Below, piece after piece: positions 50,959 to 64,000 of a stretch of DNA of 64,000 bases. The stretch is from an uncultured Gemmatimonadaceae bacterium (GTDB lineage: Bacteria; Gemmatimonadota; Gemmatimonadetes; Gemmatimonadales; Gemmatimonadaceae). The notes under the pieces are model-generated. The model saw only the letters and a list, made by a program, of their open reading frames with translations. It did no database searches and was not told the DNA's origin. The position numbers and the translations under genes were made by a program. The stretch covers positions 160,001-224,000 of the forward strand of contig CAWJMB010000003.1 in the NCBI GenBank assembly GCA_963843845.1, in the 5' to 3' direction. Each line of letters starts with the position of its first letter. Position 1 is the first letter of the stretch.

Positions 50959-53358
50959 ATGCTCCGCCGTGTCCTCGCTGCGCTCGTCGCGGCCTCCCCG
51001 CTCGTCGCGCAGGTGCCCCAGGTGCCCCAGGTGCCCCGAGCGCCCCAGGTGCCGTACGCCCCGCGCGCCCTGACCGCCGCCGACTACGCGCGGGCCGAAC
51101 AGTTCATGAGCTGGAACACGACGCCGCTCGTGACGCTTCCGGCCGTGCGGCCGACGTGGCTGCCGGACGGGCGCTTCTGGTATCGGAACACGACGGCGGC
51201 CGGCAGCGAGTTCGTCGTCGTCGACCCCGTGCGGAAGACCCGGACGCGTGCGTTCGATCAGGGAGGGCTCGCCCGGGGGCTCTCGGCGCTCGGCGTCACC
51301 GCCGACTCGATGCGGCTGCCGTTCACCGCGATCGACCTCTCGGCCGACGGCAAGCGCGTCGCGGTCGACGTCGGGGCGCGGCGCTATCAGTGCGACGTCG
51401 CCGGCGCGCGGTGCACCGACGTCGGCGCGGCGCGCACCGGCGACGGTCGCGGCACCACGATCGCGTCGCCGGACGGCACGAAGGCCGCGTTCATCCGCGG
51501 CTGGAACCTCTGGGTGCGCGACGTCGCGACGGGGAAGGAGACGCAGCTCACGACCGACGGCGTGAAGGACTTCGGCTACGCCACCGACAACGCCGGGTGG
51601 ACGAAGAGCGAGCGGCCGATCCTGCTCTGGTCGCCCGATTCGAAGCGGATCGCGACCTTTCAGCAGGACGACCGGCGGGTCGGCGAGATGTACCTCGTGC
51701 AGTCGCGCACGGGGCACCCGGTGCTCGAGGCGTGGAAGTATCCGCTGCCGGGGGACAGCGTCGTCTCGATGATTCACCGCGTCGTCATCCACGACGTCGA
51801 CGGACCGAGTCCGCGCGTCGTGCGGCTGCAGATGCCGCCCGACTATCACCGCTCGACGCTGTGCGACCACATCACGTGCGGCGGCGCGTGGGCCGACGTC
51901 GAGTGGATGGACGGCGGGGCGCGGCTGATCTTCGTGTCGACGTCGCGCGACCACACGCGTGAAGACGTGCGCGTCGCCGACGCGAGCACGGGCGCCGTGC
52001 GCGACGTCTTCACCGAGACGGTCAGGACGTTCTTCGAGTCGGGCACGGGCGCGATCAACTGGCACGTGCTGCCGAACGGCGAGCTGCTCTGGTTCTCCGA
52101 ACGCGACGACTGGGGCAATCTCTACGTCTACGACGTCGCGACCGGCGCGCTGAAGCGGCAGCTCACGCGCGGACCGGGCACCGTGCTGCAAGTCGTGCGC
52201 ATCGACTCGACCGCGCGCGCGCTCTGGTTCACGGCGACCGGGCGCGAGTCGGGACGCGATCCGTACTTCAAGCACCTCTACCGCGTCGCGCTCGATGCTG
52301 CCCCGTCGCGCGGCGGAGGGTCGGGGGCGGCGCGCCCGGTGCTGATCACGCCGGAGGACGCCGACCACACGCCGACGCTGTCTCCCGACGGCCGCTACGT
52401 CGTCGACAGCTACTCGCGCCCCGAGGTACCGCCGACGACGGTCGTGCGCGATGCGCGTACGGGGCAGCTGCTCATGACGATCGAGCGGAGCGACGTCAGT
52501 CGGCTCGTCGCGCGAGGGTGGACGCCGCCGGTGCCGTTCACCGTGAAGGCGCGCGACGGGACCACCGATCTGTACGGCCTGATGTACCTGCCGACGCGGC
52601 TCGACTCGACGCGGACGTACCCGATCATCAACCACATCTACCCGGGCCCGCAGACGGGAAGCGTCGGGAGCCGCAGCTTCTCCGCCGCGCGCGGCGACGC
52701 GCGGGCGCTCGCGGAGCTCGGCTTCGTCGTCATCCAGCTCGACGCGTTGGGCACGCCGATGCGCTCGAAGTCGTTCCACGACGCGTACTACGGCGACATG
52801 GGGGACAACGGCCTTCCCGATCAGATCGGCGCGATGCGGCAGCTCGCGCAACGCCACCGCTTCATCGACCTCGACCGCGCCGGCATCTGGGGGCACTCGG
52901 GCGGCGGCTACGCGGCGGCCGACGCGATTCTGCGCTACCCGGATTTCTTCAAGGTCGCGATCTCCGAGGCCGGCAACCACGATCAGCGGCAGTACGAGGA
53001 CGACTGGGGCGAGAAGTACCACGGCCTGCTCGCGACGCTGCCGGGGGGGAAGACGAACTACGACGACCAGGCGAACCAGACCCTCGCGAAGAACCTCAAG
53101 GGGAAGCTGCTCATCGCGCACGGCACCGCGGACGACAACGTGCCGCCCTACAACACGATGCTCGTCGTCGACGAGCTCATCAGAGCGAACAAGGACTTCG
53201 ACCTCCTCATGCTGCCGAACCGCCGTCACGGCTTCGGCAACGAGCCGTACATGATCCGCCGGCGGTGGGACTACTTCGTCGAGCACCTCCTGGGCGCGGA
53301 GCCGCCCAAGGAGTACGAGCTCCAGCCGAACCGACCGCGCGCGACGTTTACGCCGTAG
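50959..53358 (+). CDS. S9 family dipeptidyl peptidase IV-like protein, secreted
   Basis: Signal peptide, DPP IV beta-propeller, GIWGHSGGG nucleophile, HGTADDNV, RRHG. Confidence 0.9.
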   Translation: MLRRVLAALVAASPLVAQVPQVPQVPRAPQVPYAPRALTAADYARAEQFMSWNTTPLVTLPAVRPTWLPDGRFWYRNTTAAGSEFVVVDPVRKTRTRAFDQGGLARGLSALGVTADSMRLPFTAIDLSADGKRVAVDVGARRYQCDVAGARCTDVGAARTGDGRGTTIASPDGTKAAFIRGWNLWVRDVATGKETQLTTDGVKDFGYATDNAGWTKSERPILLWSPDSKRIATFQQDDRRVGEMYLVQSRTGHPVLEAWKYPLPGDSVVSMIHRVVIHDVDGPSPRVVRLQMPPDYHRSTLCDHITCGGAWADVEWMDGGARLIFVSTSRDHTREDVRVADASTGAVRDVFTETVRTFFESGTGAINWHVLPNGELLWFSERDDWGNLYVYDVATGALKRQLTRGPGTVLQVVRIDSTARALWFTATGRESGRDPYFKHLYRVALDAAPSRGGGSGAARPVLITPEDADHTPTLSPDGRYVVDSYSRPEVPPTTVVRDARTGQLLMTIERSDVSRLVARGWTPPVPFTVKARDGTTDLYGLMYLPTRLDSTRTYPIINHIYPGPQTGSVGSRSFSAARGDARALAELGFVVIQLDALGTPMRSKSFHDAYYGDMGDNGLPDQIGAMRQLAQRHRFIDLDRAGIWGHSGGGYAAADAILRYPDFFKVAISEAGNHDQRQYEDDWGEKYHGLLATLPGGKTNYDDQANQTLAKNLKGKLLIAHGTADDNVPPYNTMLVVDELIRANKDFDLLMLPNRRHGFGNEPYMIRRRWDYFVEHLLGAEPPKEYELQPNRPRATFTP

Positions 53359-53500
53359 ACCCCGCTGCGCGGCGATGGACGCGTTCGGCCACGTCGCGGT
53401 TCTCCGCTCGGTCATCGGCGTGGCGGTTCGCGCTCTCCGTCCCGCTGCGCTTCGGGGGGCGTTCCTGACGCGCCCCTGCCCATGCTGAGGTTATAGCCGA

Positions 53501-53528
53501 CCCCCGGACTTGCGGCAAGCCGGGGGGG
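53501..53528. promoter_or_regulatory. rifamycin-associated element (RAE)-like palindrome
   Basis: CCCCCGGACTTGCGGCAAGCCGGGGGGG with core CTTGCGGCAAG, about 50 bp upstream of the rph start. Confidence 0.8.
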
Positions 53529-53576
53529 ACGCCGTAGCGTCGCTCGCCACGAGCCATCGATACGGAGAGCGAGCGA

Positions 53577-56064
<2,488 letters not shown>

Positions 56065-56359
56065 CACCGCGCGGCTCGGCGTCTCGACGGGACGAACGGG
56101 AGGAACCCAACAGCCGACCGGTCTTCTCCTGTTCCTCCTCCTCCTCGTGTCGGTTCGCTCCGGTTCCTTCCGTTCCTGCCGTCCGGCACGGCCACGGTCT
56201 GTCGTAGCGCTGTAGTTCGGGTGGGAACCCTCGTGCCCTGGCCGTGTGTCCAACCCGCGACGTCCGAGGAGTCCGTACGACTCCGGACGTCGTTGTAACA
56301 TCTGCCGCCGCTCGCACGTGTAGTCAGGGTCGTTCCCACCCTCAGCCTACAGGCCGTCC

Positions 56360-59300
56360 GTGCTTCCCCGCCGTTCTCTGTACGCCGCAGCACTCGTTGC
56401 GGTCGCCCTCCCCGCCCGCCAGCTGGTCGCGCAGCAGGTCGACGTGATCCGCGGTCGCGTGACCGCGCAGGACCGGCGGCCGATCGAGAACGCGCAGATC
56501 ACCGTCACGTCGATCTCCGGCAACGTGAACCGAACGGCGCGGACCGACAAGAACGGCCGCTTCACGGTGACGTTCCCGAACGGCGACGGCGACTACTTCG
56601 TGAACTTCAACGCGATCGGCTTCGCGCCGCGCCGCTTCGAGGTGAAGCGCGTCGCCGACGAGGACTTCCTGCTCGCCGACGCGACGCTCTCGCCGTCCGC
56701 CGCGCAGCTCGACGCCGTGCGCGTGACGGCCGACCGCGGGCGGGTGAATCGCAACGACCCGGCCGCGCAGCAGGACATCAGCGGCACCGAGAAGCGGGTG
56801 GAGCCGAACGTCGTCAACCCCGACCAGATGGGCGACCTCGCGGCGATGGCGGCGTCCCTCCCGGGCGTGACGCCCGTCGCCGGCGCCGACGGCGACCCGG
56901 CCGGGTTCTCGGTGCTCGGGCTCTCCTCGGACCAGAACCAGACGTCGGTGAACGGGCTGGCCGGGATGACCGGGAGCAACCTGCCGCGCGACGCGCAGGT
57001 CTCGACGTCGTTGGGCACCTCGAACTACGACGTCTCGGTCGGCGGGTTCAGCGGCGGGCGCTTCAATCTCACGCCGCGCTCGGGGTCGAACTACCTCATG
57101 CGCACGCGGGAGCCTGTTCGGCACCGCGCCGCAGCTCCAGATCGCCGACCGGCGCCGCCCGATCGTTGGGCCAGCAGCCCACGAACGTGTCGCTCGAGCG
57201 GCGCGCTGTCGGGGCCGATCGTCTTCAACAAGGCGTTCTACAACGTCTCCTACCAGCTCGGCCGCGTCGCGAACGATCTGCAGACGCTGCTCAACACCGA
57301 CGCGGTCGGCCTCCAGGCGAGCGGCATCTCGGCCGACTCGGCGGCGCGCCTCGTCGGGTTGCTGGGGCGCGCGCAGATCCCCACGGTCGTCGGGTCGATC
57401 CCGAGCAACCGGTTCCAGGACAACGGCTCCGTGTTCGGCGTGCTGAACGCGACGCCGCCGTCGTCGAACTCGGGGCAGAGCGTGTCGCTGTCGTTCAACG
57501 GCGGCTGGAACCGGCAGACGGCGGTCAACGCGTCGGCCACCGAGGTCCCCGCGCACTCCGGCGACCGCACGAGCTGGAACGGCGGGCTCACCGCGGCGCA
57601 CTCGGGCTATCTCAAGAACATCATTCTCAGCGAGACGAACGCCGGGCTCAGCGCGAGCCACAACGCGATGTCGCCGTACCTCGAGCTGCCGAGCGGGTCG
57701 GTGCTCGTGAACTCGTCGTTCGGCGACGGAACGAACGGCGTGCGCTACCTGGGGTTCGGCGGCAGCCCGTCGATGAACTCCGACCAGACGTCGACGAACG
57801 CGGCGCTCCGCAACACGCTGTCCTGGTTCAGCAACAACAACAAGCACCGCCTGAAGCTCGCGACCGAGCTGCGCCGTGACGGCTACAGCCTGCAGCAGGC
57901 GCAGAATCTGTTGGGCACGCTTCACCTACAACTCGCTCGCCGACCTCGACGCGAACCGGCCGGCGTCGTTCACGCGCTCGCTGTCGCCGCGCGACCGGAG
58001 CGGCTCGTCGTACGTCGGCGCGATCTCGTTGGGCGATTCGTACCGCCGCAGCGCGGACTTCCAGCTGCAGTACGGGCTCCGCGTCGACGCGAACCGCTTC
58101 GACCGCGGGCCGACGTACAACGCCGACCTGGAGCAGGCGTTCGGCGTGCGCAACGACCGCGTGCCGGACCGCGTCTACCTCAGCCCGCGCGTCGGCTTCT
58201 CGTGGCGCTACGGCACGGCGGCGCAGATCGGCGCGTTCGAGGGGGCGTTCCGCGGCCCGCGGGCGATCGTGCGGGGCGGCGTCGGCGTCTTCCAGAACAC
58301 GCCGCAGGCGACGCTGATCGGCCAGGCGCTCGACGCGACGGGGCTCGCGAGCGGCCTGCAGCAGATCACCTGCGTCGGCCCGGCGGCGCCGATGCCCGAA
58401 CTGGTCGCTCTACGCGACGAACGCGAGCGCGATCCCGACACGCTGCGCCGACGGCGGCGACCGGCTCGGTGTTCGCGAACGCGGCGCCGGCGGTGACGCT
58501 GTTCTCGAAGGACTACCAGTCGTCGCGGTCGATCCGCTCGAACCTCGGCTGGAGCGGGCCGGTGCTCGGCAACCGCTTCAATGTGAACGTCGACGGAACG
58601 GTCTCGCTGAACCTGAATCAGCAGACGTTCGCGGACCTGAACTTCGCGAACGTGCAGCGCTTCACGCTCGCCGAGGAGGGCAACCGGCCGGTGTTCGTCG
58701 ACCCGACGAGCATCGTGTCGACGACCGGCTTCGTCGCCGCGGCGGCGGGCCGGGTCTCGCCGAACTACTCGCGCGTGACGGAGCAGCGATCGGACGGGCG
58801 GTCGCGGAGCGGGCAGCTCTCGCTCAGCGTGAGCCCGATGACGTTCAACTCGAAGTTGAGCTGGAACGCGTCGTACACGCTGCAGCAGGTGCGCGAGCGG
58901 GTGAACGGCTTCCAGAGCACGGTCGGCAACCCGTACGACTTCACGTGGAGCCGCGGCGGCGGGTCGCCGACGCACCAGTTCACCTACACGCTCGGCTACA
59001 ACGTCTTCGACGCCGTGCGCGCTGAACTGGTTCGGCAACTTGCGCTCGGGAATGCCGTTCACGCCGCGCATCGCGGGCGACGTCAACGGCGACGGCTACT
59101 CGAACGACCGCGCGTTCGTGTTCGACCCGGCGAACACCGCGGACCCGGCGCTCGCCGCGGGCATGCGGTCGCTGCTCGACGACCGGGTCGGGGCTCGCGC
59201 AGGCGTGTCTCGCGCGCCAGCTCGGGCGGCTCGCGTCGCGCAACAGCTGCCAGGGGCCGTGGTCGCACACCGGCGAACCTCTCGATCTCGTTCAACCCGA

Positions 59301-60131
59301 TGAAGGTGCGGATGCCGCAGCGCGCCGTGCTGTCGTTCGCGGTGTCGAATCCGTTAGGCGCTCGCCGACCGCGTGCTGCACGGCGAGGACAACCTGCGCG
59401 GCTGGGGGCAGATGACGTTCGTCGATCCGTCGCTGCTCTACGTGCGCGGCTTCGATGCGGCGACGCGGCGCTACAAGTACGAGGTCAACCAGCGCTTCGG
59501 CGCGACGAACCCGACGTTCAACGCGTTCCGCCAGCCGGTGACGCTCACGGCGATGCTGCGCCTCGATCTGGGCCCGACGCGCGAGCGGCAGAACCTCACG
59601 CAGATGCTCGACCGCGGGCGCGTGAAAGGGCACGAGGGGCAGAAGATGCCCGAGGCGATGCTGCGCGGGATGTATGCGCAGAACGGCGGCGTCATGAACC
59701 CGATGGAGCAGATCCTCCGGCAGAGCGACACGTTGAAGCTGACGGTGCCGCAGGCCGACTCGCTCGCGACGATGAACCGGTGGTACAAGATCCGGCTCGA
59801 CTCGATCTGGTCGCCGGTCGCGAAGTTCCTCGGCGACCTGCCCGACCGGTACGACGACGGCGAGGCGTACACCCAGTACATCGGCGCGCGGCGCGCGTCG
59901 GTCGACCTGCTGACGAAGCTGTCCGACGACATCCGCGGCGTGCTGACGGCGGAGCAGCGGCGCAAGCTGCCGGCGTTCATCGCCAGCTATCTCGACCCCC
60001 GCTACCTCGCCTCGATCCGCTCCGGCACGGCCGGCGCGAACGCCGGCGCCGGCCCGATGATGATGGGCGGCAGGGGGATGGGCGGCTTCGGCGGCGGCGG
60101 CGGCGGCGGGCAGATCATCATTCGCCAGTGA
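56360..60131 (+). CDS. large TonB-dependent-receptor-like outer membrane protein with N-terminal carboxypeptidase-regulatory-like domain; many frameshifts
   Basis: IRGRVT...NGRF N-domain, plug-like region, aromatic beta-strands, GDVNGDG..ND..FV, YEVNQRFG; split over several frames. Confidence 0.7.
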
Positions 60132-60157
60132 TCGTGGACATTTCCTCTCGGACTTCG

Positions 60158-61567
60158 ATGACTCGATTCTCTCTCCGCGCCGTTCCGGCGGCGCTCGTGC
60201 TCGCGACCGCGGCCGCGGCGTCCGCGCAGCAGCCCAATCAGGCGGCGCAGGTGCCGACCGCCAGACCGTTAGGCGCCACGACCGGAACGATCGCCGAGGC
60301 GTTCGGTGGCGTGCAGGCGGTGCGCGAGCTGCCCGACGGCCGGGTGCTCGTCAACGACCCGACGAAGCGGCGCGTCGTGCTGTTCGACGCCGACCTGTCG
60401 AAGTTCACGGTCGTCGCCGACTCGACGAGCGCGACGGCGACGGCGTATAGCGGGCGCATGGCGGGACTGATTCCGTACCGCGCCGACTCGACGCTGTTCG
60501 TCGACCCGCAATCGCTGTCGATGCTCGTCATCGACCCGAAGGGAACCCTCGGCACGCGCGTGATGTCGGTGCCGAAGCCGGACGACGCGATGTCGCTGAC
60601 CGGGATCGCGTTCGGCATGCCGGGCTTCGACGCGCAGGGGCGGCTCATCTACCGGCCGTCGCCTCGCTTCGAGATGCGCCGCGGACCGGGCGGGCCGGGG
60701 GGCGGCCCCGGCGGTGGTGGCGCGGCGAACGGCGGACGGGCTGGCGGCCCGCCGCAGATGCCGGACACCGCGCCGATCGTGCGCGTCGAGCTCGCGACGC
60801 GGAAGATGGACACGGTCGCGTTCGTGAAGACGTACGCGCCGCGGATGCAGATCACGCAGCTCGAAGGGGGCGGGATGTCGATGACGTCGAAGCTCGACCC
60901 GCTGCCGCTCGTCGACGACTGGGCGGTGCTCGCCGACGGCACGGTCATGATCCTTCGCGGCCGCGAGTTCCGCGTCGACCTCGTCGGGAAGGACGGGAAG
61001 CTCGTCGCGGGCCCGAAGGTCGCGCACGACTGGCAGCGCATGTCCGACGAGGACAAGGTCGCCTTCCTCGACTCGACGAAGACGGCGATGGAGAAGGTGC
61101 GCGCCGCGGCGCAGGCGGCGATGTCGCAGCCGGGCGGCATGCAGCGGGCGATGGAGACGGCCGGCGCCGCGATGGGGATGGGTGGCGGCGGGATGCCGAT
61201 GGTCAGCATCCAGATGCGCCCAGACGGCGGCGAGCCGCCGCGCCGCGGCGGACAGGGCGGCGGGCCGAATGGCGGCATGCAGATGCCGACGCTCACCTTC
61301 GTCGACCCGAGCGAGCTGCCCGACTACAAGCCGCCGTTCGCGGCAGGCGGCGCCCGCGCCGACGCCGACGGCAACGTCTGGGTGCGCCTCATCGCGACGA
61401 AGCCGATGCCGGGGCCGGTCTACGACATCATCGACAAGGATGGGAAGCTCGTCGACCGCGTGGTGTTGCCGGCGGGCGCGGCGATCGCGGGGTTCGGCAA
61501 GGGCAGCGTGTTCCTCGCGACGCGCAACGCCGAGGGGACGCACCTCACGCGCGTGCGGGTCAAGTAG
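60158..61567 (+). CDS. secreted hypothetical protein (beta-propeller-like, Gly/Met-rich inserts)
   Basis: Signal peptide; VRELPDGRVLV, DDWAVLADG, PDYKPPF, DADGNVWV, YDIID..G.LVDRV.LP. Confidence 0.7.
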   Translation: MTRFSLRAVPAALVLATAAAASAQQPNQAAQVPTARPLGATTGTIAEAFGGVQAVRELPDGRVLVNDPTKRRVVLFDADLSKFTVVADSTSATATAYSGRMAGLIPYRADSTLFVDPQSLSMLVIDPKGTLGTRVMSVPKPDDAMSLTGIAFGMPGFDAQGRLIYRPSPRFEMRRGPGGPGGGPGGGGAANGGRAGGPPQMPDTAPIVRVELATRKMDTVAFVKTYAPRMQITQLEGGGMSMTSKLDPLPLVDDWAVLADGTVMILRGREFRVDLVGKDGKLVAGPKVAHDWQRMSDEDKVAFLDSTKTAMEKVRAAAQAAMSQPGGMQRAMETAGAAMGMGGGGMPMVSIQMRPDGGEPPRRGGQGGGPNGGMQMPTLTFVDPSELPDYKPPFAAGGARADADGNVWVRLIATKPMPGPVYDIIDKDGKLVDRVVLPAGAAIAGFGKGSVFLATRNAEGTHLTRVRVK

Positions 61568-61655
61568 CGGCGCCCGTCGACGACGTCCGCGGCGGAGGCG
61601 TGAGCGCACGCGCCGTGGACGCTCGACGAGGAGGACGAGCGTGCCCTCCCGGCAC

Positions 61656-61701
61656 GGACAGGGGCCTGAGCGGATGTCACCGCCCAGGCCCCTGGTCCTT
61701 T
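61656..61701. terminator. hairpin terminator between convergent genes
   Basis: GGACAGGGGCCTGAGCGG...CCGCCCAGGCCCCTGGTCC followed by TTT. Confidence 0.6.
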
Positions 61702-61771
61702 CGTCCCTACCCGCCCGACCGGTCCGACCGGGCCGACCGGCGGAGCGCGATCGACCGGGTGGTCAGCGTGA

Positions 61772-62362
61772 TCAGTGGCCGCGCGCCGCGGCGATCGCGC
61801 TCGCCATCGCCGAGTAGGCGTCCTCCGAGAGCGCGTTGAACTTGAGCTCGCGGTAGACGATGCGGCCGCTCTTGTCGATCACGTAGACCGTGCGGCTCGA
61901 CATCGGGCGTCCGGCCACGCGCGAGCCGTACTTGTCGGCGAGCGTGAGGTCGGTGTCGGAGACGAGCGCGAACGGGAACTTCGCCTCGCTCGCCCACGAC
62001 GTGTGCGAGTCGAGAGCGTCGGCGGAGACCGGGAGCACGACCACGTCGTCGCCGAACAGCGTCTTGTACTCGTCGCGGAACTTGGTCAGCTCCGCCGTGC
62101 ATCCGGTCGTGCGGTCCTTCGGGTAGAACGCGAGCACGACGACCTTGCCGCGCAGCTCCTTGAGCGCGACCGGCTTCGCGCGCGGCCCGCTCGCGTCCGC
62201 CCACGGCATCGTGAAGTCGGGCGCCATGTCGCCGACCGCCGGCGCGACGACGGTCGTCGTCGTGGTCGTCGTCGTCGTGGACGATGTCGTCGTCTGCGCG
62301 ACGGCGACCGACGCGCCGAGTGTGGAGAGCGCGGCGAAGGAGCGGAGGAGAGCAGTGCGCAT
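61772..62362 (-). CDS. peroxiredoxin (BCP/AhpC-TSA) with signal peptide
   Basis: VGDMAPDF, LAFYPKDRTTGCT, FPFALVSD, RTVYVID. Confidence 0.88.
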   Translation of the reverse strand: MRTALLRSFAALSTLGASVAVAQTTTSSTTTTTTTTTVVAPAVGDMAPDFTMPWADASGPRAKPVALKELRGKVVVLAFYPKDRTTGCTAELTKFRDEYKTLFGDDVVVLPVSADALDSHTSWASEAKFPFALVSDTDLTLADKYGSRVAGRPMSSRTVYVIDKSGRIVYRELKFNALSEDAYSAMASAIAAARGH

Positions 62363-62540
62363 GTCGAGATTCGGGTGAAGGAGTCTAGCCGGAGAAAGCA
62401 AGGGCTCGGCGCCGATTCGAGCAAGGGTCGAGGCGCGTACAGCGTATACCCGACTGCGATTGACGTGATTCGCTCGGCGATTTACGATCGTCATTCCCGA
62501 TTGGATCGCTCTGGATTACATCGCTCGCTCGCCGACCCGC

Positions 62541-63710
62541 ATGCGCGCCGTTCGCCAACTCGTGTTCTGGACCCACCTCATCGCCGGCGTCGTCGCGGGG
62601 GGGATCGTACTCGTCATGTCGGTGACGGGGGTGGTGCTGACCTATCAGCGGCAGCTGCTCGCGTGGGGCGATCACCGGGCGGCGCCGGTTCCAGCGCGTG
62701 CCGCCGGGACGCCGCGAGCGAGCGTCGAGACGCTCCTCGACGGCGCGCGCGCCGGGCAGGCGAGGGGGACACCGCGTGCGATCACCGTGAGCGCCGACCC
62801 GAGGCGCGCGACGCGGGTGGCGTTCGGTCCCGAGGGCGCGGTATTCGTCGACCCGTACACCGGCGCGTCGCTCGGGGAGGGGGCGACGGGGATGCGGAGC
62901 TTCTTCGGCGTCGTCACGAAGTGGCACCGCTGGCTCGGCCGGTCTGGTGAGGGGCGGAGCGCGGGGCGCGCACTCACCGGGAGCTGCAACCTCGCGTTCC
63001 TGGTGCTCGTGCTGACCGGCGCGTACCTCTGGATTCCGCGCCCGTGGTCGCTGCGCCGCGTCCGCACCGTCGCGCTCTTCCGGCGCGGGCTGGACGGGAA
63101 GGCGCGCGACTTCAACTGGCACAACGTCGTCGGGCTGTGGACGGTGCTCCCGCTCGTGGTCGTCGTCGGCTCCGGCGTCGTGATCTCGTATCCGTGGGCG
63201 AGCGCGCTCGTGTATCGCGCGGTCGGTGAGCGGCCGCCGGTGCGGGGAAGGGCACCCGGACCGACCGACGTGCCGGTCCCTCACGATGCGCCGACGGCGT
63301 CACTCGATGCGATGCTGGCGCGCGCGGCGCAGCAGGTGCCGACCTGGCGCACGCTCCAGCTCACGCTCCCCGTCGCCGGCGCGCGCGCGATCACCATCGT
63401 CGTGGACGCGGGGACCGGGGGCGAGCCCCAGCGGCGGGGCACGCTGACGTTCGACCGCGCGACGGGGGCGGTCTCGACGTGGGAGCCGTTCGCGTCGCAG
63501 TCGCGTGGACGGCGCGTGCGGTCGTTCCTGCGCTTCGCCCACACCGGCGAGGTCGGCGGCCTGGCGGGTCAGACCGTCGCCGGGCTCGCGTCGCTCGCAG
63601 GGGTCGTGCTCGTCTGGACGGGGATCGGGCTCGCGCTGCGGCGGTTCGCGAGCTGGCGCTCTCGCCGCACACGCGTGCGAGAGCGGCACGACGTACGCGC
63701 CGCGGCCTGA
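62541..63710 (+). CDS. PepSY-associated TM helix domain protein
   Basis: FWTHLIAG, SVTG, FVDPYTG, WHRWL, TGAYLW.P, WHNVVG, HTGE. Confidence 0.88.
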   Translation: MRAVRQLVFWTHLIAGVVAGGIVLVMSVTGVVLTYQRQLLAWGDHRAAPVPARAAGTPRASVETLLDGARAGQARGTPRAITVSADPRRATRVAFGPEGAVFVDPYTGASLGEGATGMRSFFGVVTKWHRWLGRSGEGRSAGRALTGSCNLAFLVLVLTGAYLWIPRPWSLRRVRTVALFRRGLDGKARDFNWHNVVGLWTVLPLVVVVGSGVVISYPWASALVYRAVGERPPVRGRAPGPTDVPVPHDAPTASLDAMLARAAQQVPTWRTLQLTLPVAGARAITIVVDAGTGGEPQRRGTLTFDRATGAVSTWEPFASQSRGRRVRSFLRFAHTGEVGGLAGQTVAGLASLAGVVLVWTGIGLALRRFASWRSRRTRVRERHDVRAAA

Positions 63711-63868
63711 CGGCAGTCGGCGGCGTCGCGATACGCAGCACGGGGCCGCCGTCGCGCGCGATGACCTAGTAGCTTGCGGGATGGCGGCCCGGACCGTGCA
63801 ACGCCATCGCGGCCCGCGCTTTGCGCCTCGTCCTGTTTTTCAGTCCCACGTGCCAGGAGAGTTGGCCG

Positions 63869-64000
63869 ATGGCCGACACGCAGCCCGCGCAATCCGCAGT
63901 GACGCCACAGCGCCCGCGCCCGACGCCTCAGGCGAGCGGTGCGGGAGGGCGCGAGCGGCGGAAGCACACGCATCTCCGCGAGTTGATCGACGAGATGCTC
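63869..64000 (+). CDS. hypothetical protein, truncated by the window end
   Basis: AGGAG RBS, then ATG; MADTQP...RERRKHTHLRELIDEML stays open to the edge. Confidence 0.5.
   Translation, partial: MADTQPAQSAVTPQRPRPTPQASGAGGRERRKHTHLRELIDEML

Noticed and set aside
56360..61567. Single 1735-aa ORF in the ORF track
   Set aside because: It is a read-through of a frameshifted receptor gene into the next gene, with Arg-rich off-frame segments.
62480..62515. Possible Fur box upstream of the PepSY-TM gene
   Set aside because: Only about 11/19 match to the consensus, too weak to call.

Overview
Very GC-rich bacterial DNA (about 70%+ by eye). It is dominated by a complete type-2 (quinone-type) anoxygenic photosynthesis gene cluster (PGC) at about 11.4-46.9 kb: puhE-bchD-bchI | crtF-bchCXYZ | bchO | pufBALMC-hyp | puhC-puhB-split puhA-lhaA-acsF-bciE-like-bchMLHBNF | aerR-ppsR-bchG-pucC-bchP. 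The gene order (acsF between bchM and lhaA/puh, separate puhE, inverted bchO before puf), the two-gene H subunit and the flanking genes point to a Gemmatimonadota host, possibly Gemmatirosa/Roseisolibacter-like. That taxonomy is inference. The PGC is bracketed by the entire upstream tetrapyrrole pathway: hemE-C-D-B-L on the left, with a PpsR box in front, and hemA (GluTR)-hemF-hemY directly after bchP. The result is an about 45 kb, O2-dependent 'glutamyl-tRNA to reaction centre' module. Other notable elements: a membrane-anchored BciE-like gene before acsF, a PpsR lacking the HTH redox Cys, five PpsR-box loci, a SAM-II riboswitch before metX-metB, a rifamycin phosphotransferase preceded by a rifamycin-associated element (RAE), and an over-represented heptamer GTTAGGC/GCCTAAC. 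Many genes carry single-base frameshifts, most likely long-read indel errors. All assignments come from motif recognition by eye; no database searches were run.
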